From NCBI GenBank assembly GCA_965235115.1, contig OZ249436.1:34164001-34224000 (forward strand): a stretch of 60,000 bases of DNA. Direction: 5' to 3'. A program made the translations under genes and the position numbers. Origin of the DNA: Laetmonice hystrix. Taxonomy: Eukaryota. The notes under the pieces are model-generated. The model had not been told where the DNA came from, did no database searches, and worked only from the letters and a program-made list of their open reading frames with translations. Of this stretch, positions 40,564-53,500 are shown one piece after another; position 1 is the first letter of the stretch, and every line of letters begins with the position of its first letter.

Positions 40564-41306
40564 TTATTGGACCATAGGTCGAACCCAGGAAGTCGTGGCC
40601 AACCGTTATTGGGTCACATCACATGTTGAGCCATGGAAATCAGTGGTCATTCGTTATTGGGTCAAATCACATGTTAGTCCATGAGAATCAGTGGTCATCC
40701 GTTATTGGGTCACAGGTTGAGACCGAGGTCGGGGTGGACTCCTTATTGTGTCATATGTCGGATCAAAGAAGAGTTCAAGGAAGCAGCGGTCATCCATTAT
40801 TGGGTTATTGCCTAGTTATTGGGTCACAGGTTGAGGCCCAGGTAGTGGTTGCCTAGTTATTGGGTCAGAGATCCGATCTGTGAAGTGGTAGCTCGGACCG
40901 AGGAAGCAGTGGTCATCTATTATTGGGTCACAGGTTGAGGCCCAGGTAGTGGTTGCCTAGTTATTGGGTCATAGATCCGATCTGTGAAGTGGTAGCTCGG
41001 ACCGAGGAAGCAGTGGTCATCTATTATTGGGTCACAGGTTGAGGCCCAGGTAGTGGTTGCCTAGTTATTGGGTCATAGATCCGATCTGTGAAGTGGTAGC
41101 TCGGACCGAGGAAGCAGTGGTCATCCATTATTGGGTCACAGGTTGAGGCCCAGGTAGTGGTTGCCTAGTTATTGGGTCAGAGATCCGATCTGTGAAGTGG
41201 TAGCTCGGACCGAGGAAGCAGTGGTCATCCATTATTGGGTCACAGGTTGAGGCCCAGGTAGTGGTTGCCTAGTTATTGGGTCAAAGATCCGATCTGTGAA
41301 GTGGTA
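40564..41306. repeat. Tandem array: degenerate 41-54-bp monomers (40564-40815) followed by ~4.7 near-identical 104-bp dimeric units (40816-41306)
   Basis: ttattgggtca-like anchor at 40564, 40606, 40654, 40702, 40743 and 40797. 104-bp period starts at 40816, 40920, 41024, 41128 and 41232, each containing two anchors (41+63 bp). Confidence 0.94.
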
Positions 41307-42196
41307 CGGGCCCGTGGACCATCCAGGTGGCTGTCTGTAGGACCGGGCCCAGTATATAACACGTAGTCTCGAGTAGTAGTCCAGATTGCAGGCAGGCGGG
41401 CGGTAGTAGGGCGAACTGAGGGGTCCGCTTGTAAACATAGAGTCACCTGGTCAGTGTCTGAATGTCGACCCGACTCCAGCCTCCTCTAACTGCCGGATTA
41501 CTATACGTACAACTCACCAGACGCTTTTTGGCTTGCCTATTTTTTCCTCTCAGCTTTTGGCCTTGAGAGCATTTTTTTGTTAGGCTGTACGTATGTCTAT
41601 TTCTTTTGCTATGTCGTAGTGGTGATGTTCAGGAAGATGTTAAAACCACCATGTTGGTCTATTTCCTGTGCTATAAAAGAGACTGAACTGTTTAAGCAGA
41701 GAAATGAACAGAGAAATTATAGCAATGCCATATTCTCTCATATTGGAAATTACAGTGAAATTAGCAATTACCCAGACCGCAAAGACTATTTTGTAACGTC
41801 GAAATAAGAACAGAAACCCCTTCAGAGCTTCGTTATTCTACATAAACTACCGGTTTCTTCTTATTCTTCTCGCTAAAGTAAAAGTGTATTCATAACACTG
41901 TGGCTTATAGAAGGAATAGTGAAAGATTCAAGATTTGGTTGGAGCAACGGCCCCATCAAACTCATGGATTGGAAATTTAAGAGACTTTGCCAGACTGTTG
42001 GTTGCTTTCAGACTAAATACTCGCACCACGCGAGATGAAGTAGGAATTTAGGTAAAGTGATACACGCAGGTCAAGGGCATAAAAAGGCTCGAGTTGATGT
42101 AGTTGACGAAGAGTAACTCTAGTTATTGGTGTAAGAGACTGTGATGGATACAACGTGCCAGGGTTGAGGGCCGTTTACCACATCTAGGGTGAAGTA

Positions 42197-42655
42197 CCCA
42201 TCCACTGTTATACGGCCAATGTTATATACGTGCCCCCATCCACTGTTATACGGCCAATGTTATAGACGTGCCCCCATCCACTGTTATACGACCAATGTTA
42301 TAGACGTGCCCCCATCCACTGTTATACGGCCAATGTTATAGATGTGCCCCCATCCACTGTTATACGGCCAATGTTATAGACGTGCCCCCATCCACTGTTA
42401 TACGACCAATGTTATAGACGTGCTCCCATCCACTGTTATACGACCAATGTTATAGACGTGCTCCCATCCACTGTTATACGACCAATGTTATAGACGTGCT
42501 CCCATCCACTGTTATACGACCAATGTTATAGACGTGCTCCCATCCACTGTTATACGACCAATGTTATAGACGTGCTCCCATCCACTGTTATACGACCAAT
42601 GTTATAGACGTGCCCCCATCCACTGTTATACGACCAATCTTATAGACGTACCATC
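42197..42655. repeat. Minisatellite, 38-bp unit, ~12 copies
   Basis: cccatccactgttatacg(g/a)ccaatgttatagacgtg(c)(c/t) repeated in tandem. Confidence 0.96.
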
Positions 42656-43120
42656 TCTGCTGCTGTAGGCTGAGAATATTTCTATTGTATACAAGGGCAC
42701 CTCGGATGGATCCATATTGACACGAACATTTGGTGGGATATGTAGAACGAAAGATCACAGGTAACCTCGCGGCAGACCCATCTGTCTTTATTAGAGCTCC
42801 ATCTTCACCCACTCACCCTTGTAGCAGTGCGGCAGGGCCAGGCCAGGGGCCACCGTTGCAGAGTGGAGGAGGGTTTCTGAAGGTTTAGGTATAAAAAGTG
42901 GCCACTCTCTCCAGTTAACCTTCATGGTGGAGGTGCTGCCCCTTGCACACATTGCCACCATGCAGCCACACGCAGGTCTCAGTTAGCCTTGGCCAGGACC
43001 GTGGAGAGAAGGATGGGGAGGAGGGAGAGAGGGGAGACAGGGGAGATAGGGCGGAGGAAAAAAAAGGAAGGGTGGTATACTGTCTAACTGGTGCCTTGGT
43101 GCCTGACGCATACGGTGCAT

Positions 43121-43961
43121 GTGTGCGTTGGGAGGGGGGGGGATTAGGGGTAAGATGTTGGTTTGTGAGTGTGTTGGGAGGGGGGGGGGATTAGGGGTAA
43201 GATGTTGGTTTGTGAGTGTGTTGGGAGGGGGGGGGGATTAGGGGTAAGATGTTGGTTTGTGAGTGTGTTGGGAGGGGGGGGGATTAGGGGTAAGATGTTG
43301 GTTTGTGAGTGTGTTGGGAGGGGGGGGGGATTAGGGGTAAGATGTTGGTTTGTGAGTGTGTTGGGAGGGGGGGGGTAGGGGTAAGATGTTGGTTTGTGAG
43401 TGTGTTGGGAGGGGGGGGGGGGGGGGTTAGGGGTAAGATGTTGGTTTGTGAGTGTGTTGGGAGGGGGGGGGGGTTAGGGGTAAGATGTTGGTTTGTGAGT
43501 GTGTTGGGAGGGGGGGGGTTAGGGGTAAGATGTTGGTTTGTGAGTGTGTTGGGAGGGGGGGGGGGTTAGGGGTAAGATGTTGGTTTGTGAGTGTGTTGGG
43601 AGGGGGGGGGGATTAGGGGTAAGATGTTGGTTTGTGAGTGTGTTGGGAGGGGGGGGGGGTTAGGGGTAAGATGTTGGTTTGTGAGTGTGTTGGGAGGGGG
43701 GGGGGTTAGGGGTAAGATGTTGGTTTGTGAGTGTGTTGGGAGGGGGGGGGGTTAGGGGTAAGATGTTGGTTTGTGAGTGTGTTGGGAGGGGGGGGGGTTA
43801 GGGGTAAGATGTTGGTTTGTGAGTGTGTTGGGGGGGGGGGTTAGGGGTAAGATGTTGGTTTGTGAGTGTGTTGGGAGGGGGGGGGGGTTAGGGGTAAGAT
43901 GTTGGTTTGTGAGTGTGTTGGGAGGGGGGGGGGGGTTAGGGGTAAGATGTTGGTTTGTGAG
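43121..43961. repeat. G-rich minisatellite, ~18 copies: constant 36-bp core plus variable-length poly-G
   Basis: ttaggggtaagatgttggtttgtgagtgtgttggga followed by a G run that varies between copies. Confidence 0.96.
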
Positions 43962-46900
43962 GCGCAGGAAGGGGTAAGTTGCCACATGCCACATGCATGA
44001 CCCGTTTACGATTCCCGCGGTCCTGAAGACACATGGAGGCGGACAGACCAGCTGTGATCGGTCTGTCTCCTCCACCCCAACCCTAGTACCACCCCCGGGC
44101 CCCCGCCTGGCCACGGCCAGCACCGATTAATACCTCCGTACAGCACCTAATCTCTAATCACCCAATCTGGCAGGTATTGCGCCCGACGGATAGGGAAATA
44201 AGTCCTCAGGAAGCTTCCCAGTGAGCAAGAACGTACATTTGCATTAACCATGTGTCGTCAAACAATGGTAGCGAATAATTGCCCTTCAGAATCTTTCTAT
44301 TACAGCAGAGAATGAAGCATAATATTGATATTTCATTGACCTCAAGCGCCATGGAGCGAGAGAATCTGTCTACATAATATACGCCGGGTTGTAAAGCTAT
44401 TTCCAACCAAGACCAAAACCTAGGAGCCCAGAGAATGAACGTCTTCCAGAACTTGTGTTACGCGGAGTTAACGCACGCAGCTAAAGAGGTAGCGCTGGTT
44501 TGGGGTGAAAAAAAAAAGAGAAAGAAAGCTTGCAACATGAGTGATGAGTTCAAGTAGAAATGTCACGGAGATTTATTGGTGGCGTTTGGGTGCCACTAGG
44601 CTCTGATGGTTATCTGTGCTTGTTTGCTCTCTAACCTAGCTACCAGCGGTCTCACAGCTGGATTCCGTCCTCCGCCATTCCTGCTACTTTACAGCTGACC
44701 TTACGCATTGCTAACAAATATGAATGATTCAATTTGGATTCCGAGCGGGCTGGAAGGCGAGAGGTGTTCAGAGGTTACGGCCGGAAGACAAGTGTATGAC
44801 AGAAAGATCCTCGATCTTAACACAGTGACATAAATAAGATTGACATTAAATTTAGAGGATTGACATTAATTTGGCAGGACATGCCCCGTAATGCCTTGGC
44901 CTTTAACATTGCGGGTTGTAAGTCTCAAAAGATATGTTTTCAGGAGAGATAATTATGTGTTGTTGATCTGGGCAATGGGATGATTTGCGCAAATATAATT
45001 GCCTACATAAGAAAATATTGAGTTCCTGTTGCCTGACTGATGGTTGGTGTTTAGAAAATGCTATGGTTAGTTTTTTTTTGGAGGGAGGGGGTGCTTTCAT
45101 TTGTGTAACCAGGGGATGACATCTGCGCTCTTTGGTTTTTCAAAACCTCTCCAGCTTGAATCCATGCTTTACAATAGACACTCCATGGTGTTCGTCAGGG
45201 GAGTGGCAAACACTTCACGAATGTTTTATATACTTTGATAAAAACCTGTTAATAAAGTGCGGCTATATGAGAGCAGTAAATAACATATTAGAGACCAACT
45301 TCAAGTGACAGAAATTGAAAAAAAGCTTTTAAAAAGAAACAATCTTATGCACAACTAGGATTCGACATGAATCGGAAATTTTAGTAATTTGAAGCATCAG
45401 TACTGGCGATAAGTTCTCTTGGATGAGGGTAAGATGTTTTATAAAACGGAAGAAAAAGATCTCAAAGTTTCACGGTTCTGACCTCGGTTTGATCCGAGTT
45501 ATCGTATTCTGTCTAGGTTATCGGCTCGGGGCATTGATCTTACGCTTCTAATCAGCTCACTGCCACCTATAAAGGAGGAAAGGCCAAAGACTTTCCTGGG
45601 TCAACCTTTTTTTTGCTCAACTTCAAATTTGAGCACTCGTGTTGAGACCAAAGGTGCGTGCTGAATTTCGACCTGGCCACCTGCCCCCAACTTGTGGTGA
45701 TTTGATCTTATCTCTGCAGACATTGGCCTTATCAGTCACCTTGTGTTTGAGTCGGAAGGTTTTTACAAATGGAGATCGACTTGTACATAGAAGGTTATCA
45801 AAGACCCAGGCCGCTCTGAGAGGCGGTGTCCAGGATCGACACAACCTTTTCCCTTTAGGTTTTGTGATTTTCTCTTTGCGTTTTTTGTTTTCACCAACGG
45901 CCTTGTTAGAAATGATAGGCAAAACAACATGTTAAAACTGCTCTGTGTATGGACACATGATACTTTTCCAGTACCCCCATCCGCAAAATAAAACCTCACT
46001 GGAGAATAGTATAAAGTATATGTTCCTTAAATAATATAGAAAGGGCGACAGAAAATTCAGGTTATAGAGTAAAAAGTATTCTTTGAAAAAACAAAAACCA
46101 TGATTTCAGATGTAATATATCATGCTATGCATCAGTGTACTTGAGTAGATAGTGGCAGGTCTGGTGGATATAAAGTTACAGGCAGTCTGAAGAAAATGTC
46201 AAGAGTTTGGCTGATCTGCGGTTATCAATTGGAAAGGATTTCCTCAGGGGATAAAGATACGGCATTCCCACTGAGATATTTGAGAAAATTAACGTTTTGG
46301 GCATGTGTGATTCAGAATCGGTGTGTTTACCGGTTAGTCATTGTGTGATGGGTATTGTATGTAGTCAGTGCTGTGGTGGAAGTGTGGTTGGACATGACAC
46401 TTACGTGGGGGTACAGAGTAAGGTATGGCAAAGGACGGAGGTTTGGTGGCGTCTGTTGGGGGTGGGTGGGCCTGGGGGTGGTACAGGGGGTCGTGGGGTG
46501 GGGTCAAAGCGATGTGGTATCCGTGCCCCACCTGACCGACATGTCACCCCTTGGGTCACCCAAAATGTGACCTCTGGTGGTCAGGATCACCTAGGGGGGA
46601 TACGGTGACCCCGACCCCAAACATCCCTGACCTCTTCACCTTAAGTTAGGGTCAGGGTCGGAGCCCAGCAACCCGGACCCGACCCCCACTGATCCAATAG
46701 ACCCCTTTGTCACCTGGAGGGGCTGGTGTGGATGTCGCCATGCGTTCCAGCACAATGGTGGGCGGCCATGGAGTGAGTGCCGACCTGGGCCGTGGCTGGG
46801 TGATCTACGAGTCCCACCCCTGTCTATACTGATGGGCGCATCGACCCCGATCAGACCGGGGGGCAACCTTAGGTCTGTAGTACCAACACAGGGAGGCACA

Positions 46901-47886
46901 GGGCCGGACGACTCCTTCAACATTCTGTCTACGAATATTTTATGGCCCTCTGTCATTCTTACCTGATACTTCATCTCAACCTCATCTAGAGCTCCCCACG
47001 ATTTGAAGATGTTATTGTTCTTTTCAGCAAAGATCTTGGTGGTTGTTGGGAGCAGTGAAAATGATAAGTTACAGGGATACGTTTGTTCTAGTGATAGAGC
47101 TGCACTAGAGACACCGTTGTGGGTGTAGACTTGGGAAATAATATTGGCTGGTTTTATACCGACGATTTTCTGAGACTAAAATGAATACAAACTGTAAGAA
47201 GATTGCACCGAACAAGTGTTTATGTACGTGTGTGTTTTGGGCCAGGCACAGCCTACACTCCCTTGTCTTCCGTGATTTGTTTTATTTGCAAACTCTCAAA
47301 GTCAAAGGTGATCTATAGGTTTGTACTCAATGTTGTTTGGCAATCTTTAAGTTTTCCTTAGAAACGTCTATTTTACTCCAACCCGTTTTTCTTTTTGGTG
47401 GATTAGGGGAGAAGAGGCAGGGCAGTGCAAGTCCTTAAATTCTAGTCTCTGTCAAGCTGTTGCTAAGTGACATGGCCCAGTAGGATACCTTAATTATGAG
47501 GTACACCCTGACCCAAGGAGGTCCACCGAGGGGGTGTTGGGGTGGGGTAGTACATGGGGAAGGGGGTGGGGTATAGACGGAACCCACGGCACTATCTTGT
47601 GAGTGGCGTCCTGGTAGTACACAAGCAGCCTCCGTGTTTTTGTTATCTTGTGAGTACACCATCCTTACATAGACTGATGGAGCAGGTGATTATCGACCCC
47701 CTTGTCATTTCCTACCATCCACCCCACCCCCGGTACTTGATGAGTGTCTGTGATTATCTTCCCGTTGGGTCATGTGATCCCGACAGTGTCTGGGAGGAAT
47801 GGCCGCACTACTCTGGGGGTAAAGATTGGGCATACCTTGGACGGCCATCACCGGCTCTGGGTCCCGCCGCCGGTGGTGTTGGTGGG

Positions 47887-47890
<4 letters not shown>

Positions 47891-47941
<51 letters not shown>
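47891..47941. repeat. (CTG)17 microsatellite
   Basis: Perfect triplet run. Confidence 0.95.
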
Positions 47942-47943
<2 letters not shown>

Positions 47944-50208
47944 GGTAGTGGTGGCGGTGCTCTATGGGCTGATGCTTCAACAGCCCCGGAACTCATCCTC
48001 GTCGCAGCAAGACAGCAACCCCCGCCTCCTTACGGGCTCCAGCTGCACTCTTAAAAACTCGGCATTCTACTCGAACTTTTCATCAGCCAACCTTGCGATT
48101 TAGCAGCATGCCTGAGAAACTTCAACGGGGAATCATTTATCATTTATCTTCTTTTCCCGTTTGTAGTTTTTTTTCACTCTATCTCCGGGGGAGCCGGGTT
48201 TTCTTACAAGGGCGCCTGTCGGGTGGGCATGGCGGGCATATAGGTCAGGTGGACGGGTAGATAGGGTCGTGAGGACCGGGGCCTGGTCCCCGAACACGCC
48301 GGGGACAAACCTGCCCACCACTGGCTCACTACCAGTCCCATTAGAAGCAGGCGCAAATAAGAAAATCTGTGCTGGTAGGAATTGATAAATTTGTTTACTT
48401 AAACCATACAAAATGAAAAAGAGAGGGGGGGGGGGGTCTGAAATTATTCTAGCTGTGTTTTACAAGGTTTCACTGTGGAAGGTGGTAGAGAGTGTGAAAC
48501 TGTGAGATTTATGCACGTATTTCGGATATCGTTAAGACACGGGCGGTCTCCAGCAGCTGTGGTGATAATTGGATATATTGACCTTGTGTATGATGAGGTG
48601 TCCTCCTGGTAATTACTACTCTTTAATAAAAATGTTAAGTCACTCTCTAATCGTTTGTAATATAAAGGTAAGGGATACGGTTTCTGTTGTAAGTCATTCA
48701 GATGTGTTGGGTAGATGCTATACCTGAACTTATCAGCCTGTGGGGCAGTTAAACAAATCAGGTTTGAGTGAAATATAGTCTTCTCAATAACGACGTCACA
48801 TTATGCCAGAGCTATGAGAACGCAGACGGAGAATGACTGCGAGGGACATCTGGTCAGATGATTTTTAAACACCGTTATAGCAGATGTGAACATTTTGTCC
48901 CCGGGTTCATTTAGGATGTGTCTGACCTGGTTTTTTTGGTGGTGGTCAGTGAGGTCTGATATATATGATAGAAGTCAGGGTCAGGGGGGCGGAGACCACC
49001 AGATGCTAGCTCTGGGCAGTGGTATAATAGTAAGGAGACGTGTCTGCCTGTTCTATTACAGGTCACAGGTTGGTGCCATGAGGAGTGTATTGGTGGAGGG
49101 AGTTGGCACCGGGCGGCTGGACCTTTGGTGTGGTCAGCTGGGCAGGGAGCAGGCTGCACACTGAACGGATGGCGGGCCCAGGATGTGTCAAGGTCAACAA
49201 GTATTAAATCACTCCTGGTGGTGGTAAGGTATATAATAATGACGTGGTCAGTCGTAACGAGACGTCAGCCTGTACCCTCTGTCAACATGGCAGGGTGGAG
49301 CAGGCTGGAGATTACTCACACGTGGTCGCTACTCCTTTAGATCAAAAATAGCGTCATTAATATTATTATTATTAATAATCCAGTATATCACTCCCAGCCA
49401 TGGGGACTGACACATTAAAGCGACAATTAGTCCCCCCTGGCCTGGTGTTGTCACCAAGGCCGACGCCCGTACAGAGGTGATGTGATTGGCACGTTGACAG
49501 TATGTAACATCACCTCGCCATTGTCTAGACGGTGAGAGGCCCGCCTGGAGTGACCTGACTAGGGGAGGACCTATTAATATTATAATGATTACATAGGGCA
49601 CTGGAGCAGCTGGACTGGGTCTGGTACTTAAAACACATCACACAGACACAGACACATGATATATGGTAAAATACCACCTCCCAACACATTAGGTAGATCC
49701 ATAGAATTTATTTATAATGCCATATGGTATTTCTTATGCTTTTTGATGGGCCTCAAACTCATTAAACCATTAAATTCAGGGAAGTGATCGAGAAATGGGA
49801 AGATATTTTAGTTCACTGACCTGTTTCCCCTTGAAGTACTTAAGAAATCGCGAATTAGACTTGAATTATACAACAGATTAAACTATAGTTTAATCCTATC
49901 TAACTAAATTAGCTCGTGTCCAATATACAGATATAATCCTATTGAATCTTTGATATATTCAACCCATAGGTTCAACACACTGGGGGTATATGTGTAAAGG
50001 TTCAACGTCCTAGAGTCTTATATATTGATCGTGGTAAAACTATATCAGTAATTTACATTCTGCATTTAATTAAATTGTAGAACTGTTAACACTAATCCGA
50101 GAATGGCGCACTGATATGTGGTTACATGGTTTTCTTGAAAATATAATCAGCTGCTATGAAAAGTGTTACATTATTCATTTACATTTAGTCGGGGCAATAT
50201 ACAGAGGC

Positions 50209-50248
50209 AGAACACAATTTCTAACTGATCTTCATCTCCATTTCTCTG

Positions 50249-50308
<60 letters not shown>

Positions 50309-50373
50309 CTTTTCCATCTCTATCTCTCTCTCTCTTTGATATAGAACACAATCTCTAACTGATGATAATTATT

Positions 50374-50426
<53 letters not shown>

Positions 50427-50564
50427 TTGATATAGAAGACAATCTCTAACTGATGATATTCATCTCCATCTCTCTCTCTCTCTTTCTCTCTCTCTATCTC
50501 TCTTTGATATAGAAAACAATCTCTAACTGATGATCTTTATCTCCATCTCTCTCTCTCTCTCTCT
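50209..50564. repeat. Compound repeat: four copies of a ~40-bp core (tagaa(c/g/a)acaatctctaactgatgat...tccatc) each followed by a variable (TC)n tract
   Basis: Cores at about 50209, 50336, 50427 and 50503, separated by (TC)n of different lengths. Confidence 0.9.
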
Positions 50565-53500
50565 GAGCCCTTTTTGCCTGGCCGTGCCCTTCCTTTTTTT
50601 CTTCTCGCCCCACCTTGGCCTGCTCGGCGGGGGGTCTCAGCTGGTGGCCATCCTTCATGTTTATCATTGTGTGTCGTGGCCGTGGGGTCTGATCTCGGTG
50701 GTCTGGTGACATGTCGGCACCGGGTCCCTGCCAGGGGTCACTTACTCCCTGACTTTACCTCAGCAGACCCTGTACGTTTCGCGCCCTCGCCGCCCCGGCC
50801 CCTGCACAGCTCACTGACTCCACACACAATATATCATACTCACTCCCAATTTTCTTTGAACAGCTTGATCTGTTTATGAATAAGCAAAGCGAGTTCACAT
50901 ATGCTTGATGACAACTTTGTCCTCGCCACTCAAAGCCGTTTCGCATCGCAAGCCGACAGATAGGCCTGCCCGGCGAGAAGGGATGGCTGGAAGAGAATTA
51001 TGGCCGCCGATTTTTTTCACTTCGTTATGATTAATGAATCCTGTTGCTTTGAATTAAGGCACTTTTTAAGTGACTTTCTCTCCGTGTCGTAAGAAGCCAC
51101 AGGGCTGGCTGTAAGAGGTATTAAAACCAGGGCAGCAGTGGCGGTATCACATAGCAGACCCACTGACTCATGGTGACGGGCAAATTGGTTCTCATACTCT
51201 GGCCGTCTCTCACCAAACTGCTCCCCTAAAACTTAAAAATAAGAAGACCCCCCCCCCCCTTGAAAAGGCAACGGGATAATGGCTTCCAGGTTTGTCCGTA
51301 AACTGAGTTCCGGGATGAATAAGTTGCATACCCAGAAACCCAAGTTACGGTAATGGGGTATGATGTACAACTTTTCTGCTTGAGTATGTATAGGCCAGGG
51401 TGAAGGTGGAGGTCGCAACTCTCCTCTTGCCCCTATACACAGGTTGAAGCGTGAAGGTTCGAATGGCCAGGGCAAAGGTGTTCCAACCTTGCCCCGGTTC
51501 CCAAGGTTGGGTCCGGGGGCAGGTCGGGGTGGCAGGGCATGGGGTTGGGGCCCCGTGGCCTGCAACCGGCTGGGAGGCCTGTCACAGGATGGAGGTGCCA
51601 GGCCGAATGACTGATGGCCTCACCCAACGTTATGTTCTTTGAACTTGGTCCTGCCCTTTGGGCCAGACGCAAATTTCACCAGGATTTCACAGTTTAAATG
51701 AGGCCCGGTGTCATGGCTAGGCAAAACACGGCCATGAAATTGAACGGGGCTGTAGGGTATATGATTGATCTGTATCCAAGGGAGCCTCAGTAGTGATGAA
51801 CCCAACAAACAGGATACCACTTGAGAAACGTCATCAAGGGCTCCCCAGTTCTTCCACTGAAAGAGGCTTCAAGACAAGTATCAAAGAGGATGCTCAGGCA
51901 ATAGCACGGCGGTATGCATCAAATCTAAGGGTGGCATCTTGGCTCTTTGAGTCCATGGTGGAAACATATTTTGGTTGAGATGAGGAAGGGGATGTTGATG
52001 TAGATGTAGGAGAGGGAGGGCAGCAGGGGAGACAGCAAGGGTTGGAGGTGGTGTGAGCGGGGTTAGCAGTCTTCATACTGGAACACATGGCAGGGACCAG
52101 GAGGTTACTCCGTAGTAGAGTGGTGGCACCAAGTTGTGGGGGGTAAGGGAGCGAGAGAGAGGAGAGAGGGCCTAAACTTTGACCTCTGACCTCTGACCTT
52201 TTGTACGTCAGCCAATCCAGATTGATGGTGGTGGGCCAACATCTGGTGCCTGCTGTAGAGCGTGGGGCTCGAGGCCAGCCAGGAATGCTGCCATTACCAG
52301 GGCAGATTACATGGACAGCCACCAGTGAAAAATGAGCGCCGCTTGTTTTTCGGGATGCCTGCTGAATTCTCTCACGTGTATGGAGAGAGATGGAGGGTGG
52401 GGTGCGGGTGGGGGATGGAGGGGGTGTTTTCAACTGGGAGGGGGGGCAGCAGCAGCCACCAGCGGTGGCAGTACGCTGAGGTCTCCGGGCATGATCTCCA
52501 GTACCCGTCCTGTCCCCCTTTGCCCCTTCCAGTGACTCCCTTCACCCATCGTGACCCCCACTGTCGTAGGTCCGGCAGACTTGCCTATCTCGTGTCGCCG
52601 TAACTCCAAAGGTAACCCTGAGAAGTGGTACCTCACCTGACCCCCCACTGAGACCCATACTTATTATACCTGGCCGTTCAGCAGAGCTGCCTCCGAAAGG
52701 TCAGAGGGTGAGCCCGAAACCTCCTAACTGCCCCCTTCTCCTCCAAACACCCTGTTGTATTACCACAGCTTCCAGTGTCATAACTCAGTACAGGTAATAA
52801 CCCACAACGGGGGTCGACGGGAAGGCAGGCCCGGCGCGGCTTTACCACCGCCCGTCATCTTGATGCAACCTTCAATAAGAATGGAAATATTTCATGGCAG
52901 CCACTCTCCACGCCCAAGTGGCACTCTTTTGTCTGCCGGTCGGAGGTCTCTCATTACAAATTGTGTGTGTCTGAGAGACAGTAATGTTCCTGAAGCATGC
53001 CACCGCGGGTCGGTGGGCCTCTGCTCACCTCCGTACCTCCTAATTATGTCTGGCTGTCAAATGATAATGGTTGGGTTTACCACCAAGACAGCCACAGGCT
53101 GGGGTGGGGCGTTCTGTGGTATAGGGTGATGTATGGGAAGGCAACGGTCAGCTCGAATGTTCAGACATATTATGGTGACACTCAGTAATGGTCAGGTGTC
53201 ATTGGAACCTTCATATGTCTCAGGGCAAGGAAGTATGTCACTCTCCTACTGTTCACAATGTTCAACCCCCCCCCCCTCCCCGATAAAAAACGCACAAAAC
53301 TCGATGACCGCCACATATTCTAACACTATACCAGGCTTACGGTCGAGAAGTTGGCTTGTTATTGTTACTGATTTAGCAGTGATAAGAAAAAAGGGAAGAA
53401 TTTGTAGAACTAGAAGATGTGACAGCCGTCTTGCTGTGATGGGTTATGTCAGTTATGATGGACAGATCTGGATGGTCTGTGAAGTATATATTTCATGTAG

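Noticed and set aside
40564..40815. CRISPR-like pattern (constant ttattgggtca plus variable ~30-43-nt spacers)
   Set aside because: The anchor is only 11 bp, the spacers are homologous to each other, there are no cas genes, and the context is eukaryotic.
43121..43961. Interstitial telomeric repeat
   Set aside because: TTAGGG occurs once per ~46-bp unit and never as tandem hexamers.
47554..48103. Poly-Ala/poly-Leu ORFs resembling a transcription-factor low-complexity region (with PPPPY)
   Set aside because: Explained by (CTG)17 in a GC-rich patch that is open in several frames on both strands; no recognisable domain or convincing exon boundaries.
51894..52433. Longest ORF in the window (179 aa, minus strand)
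   Set aside because: Pro/Ser-rich translation of a purine/GC-skewed patch; no recognisable domain.
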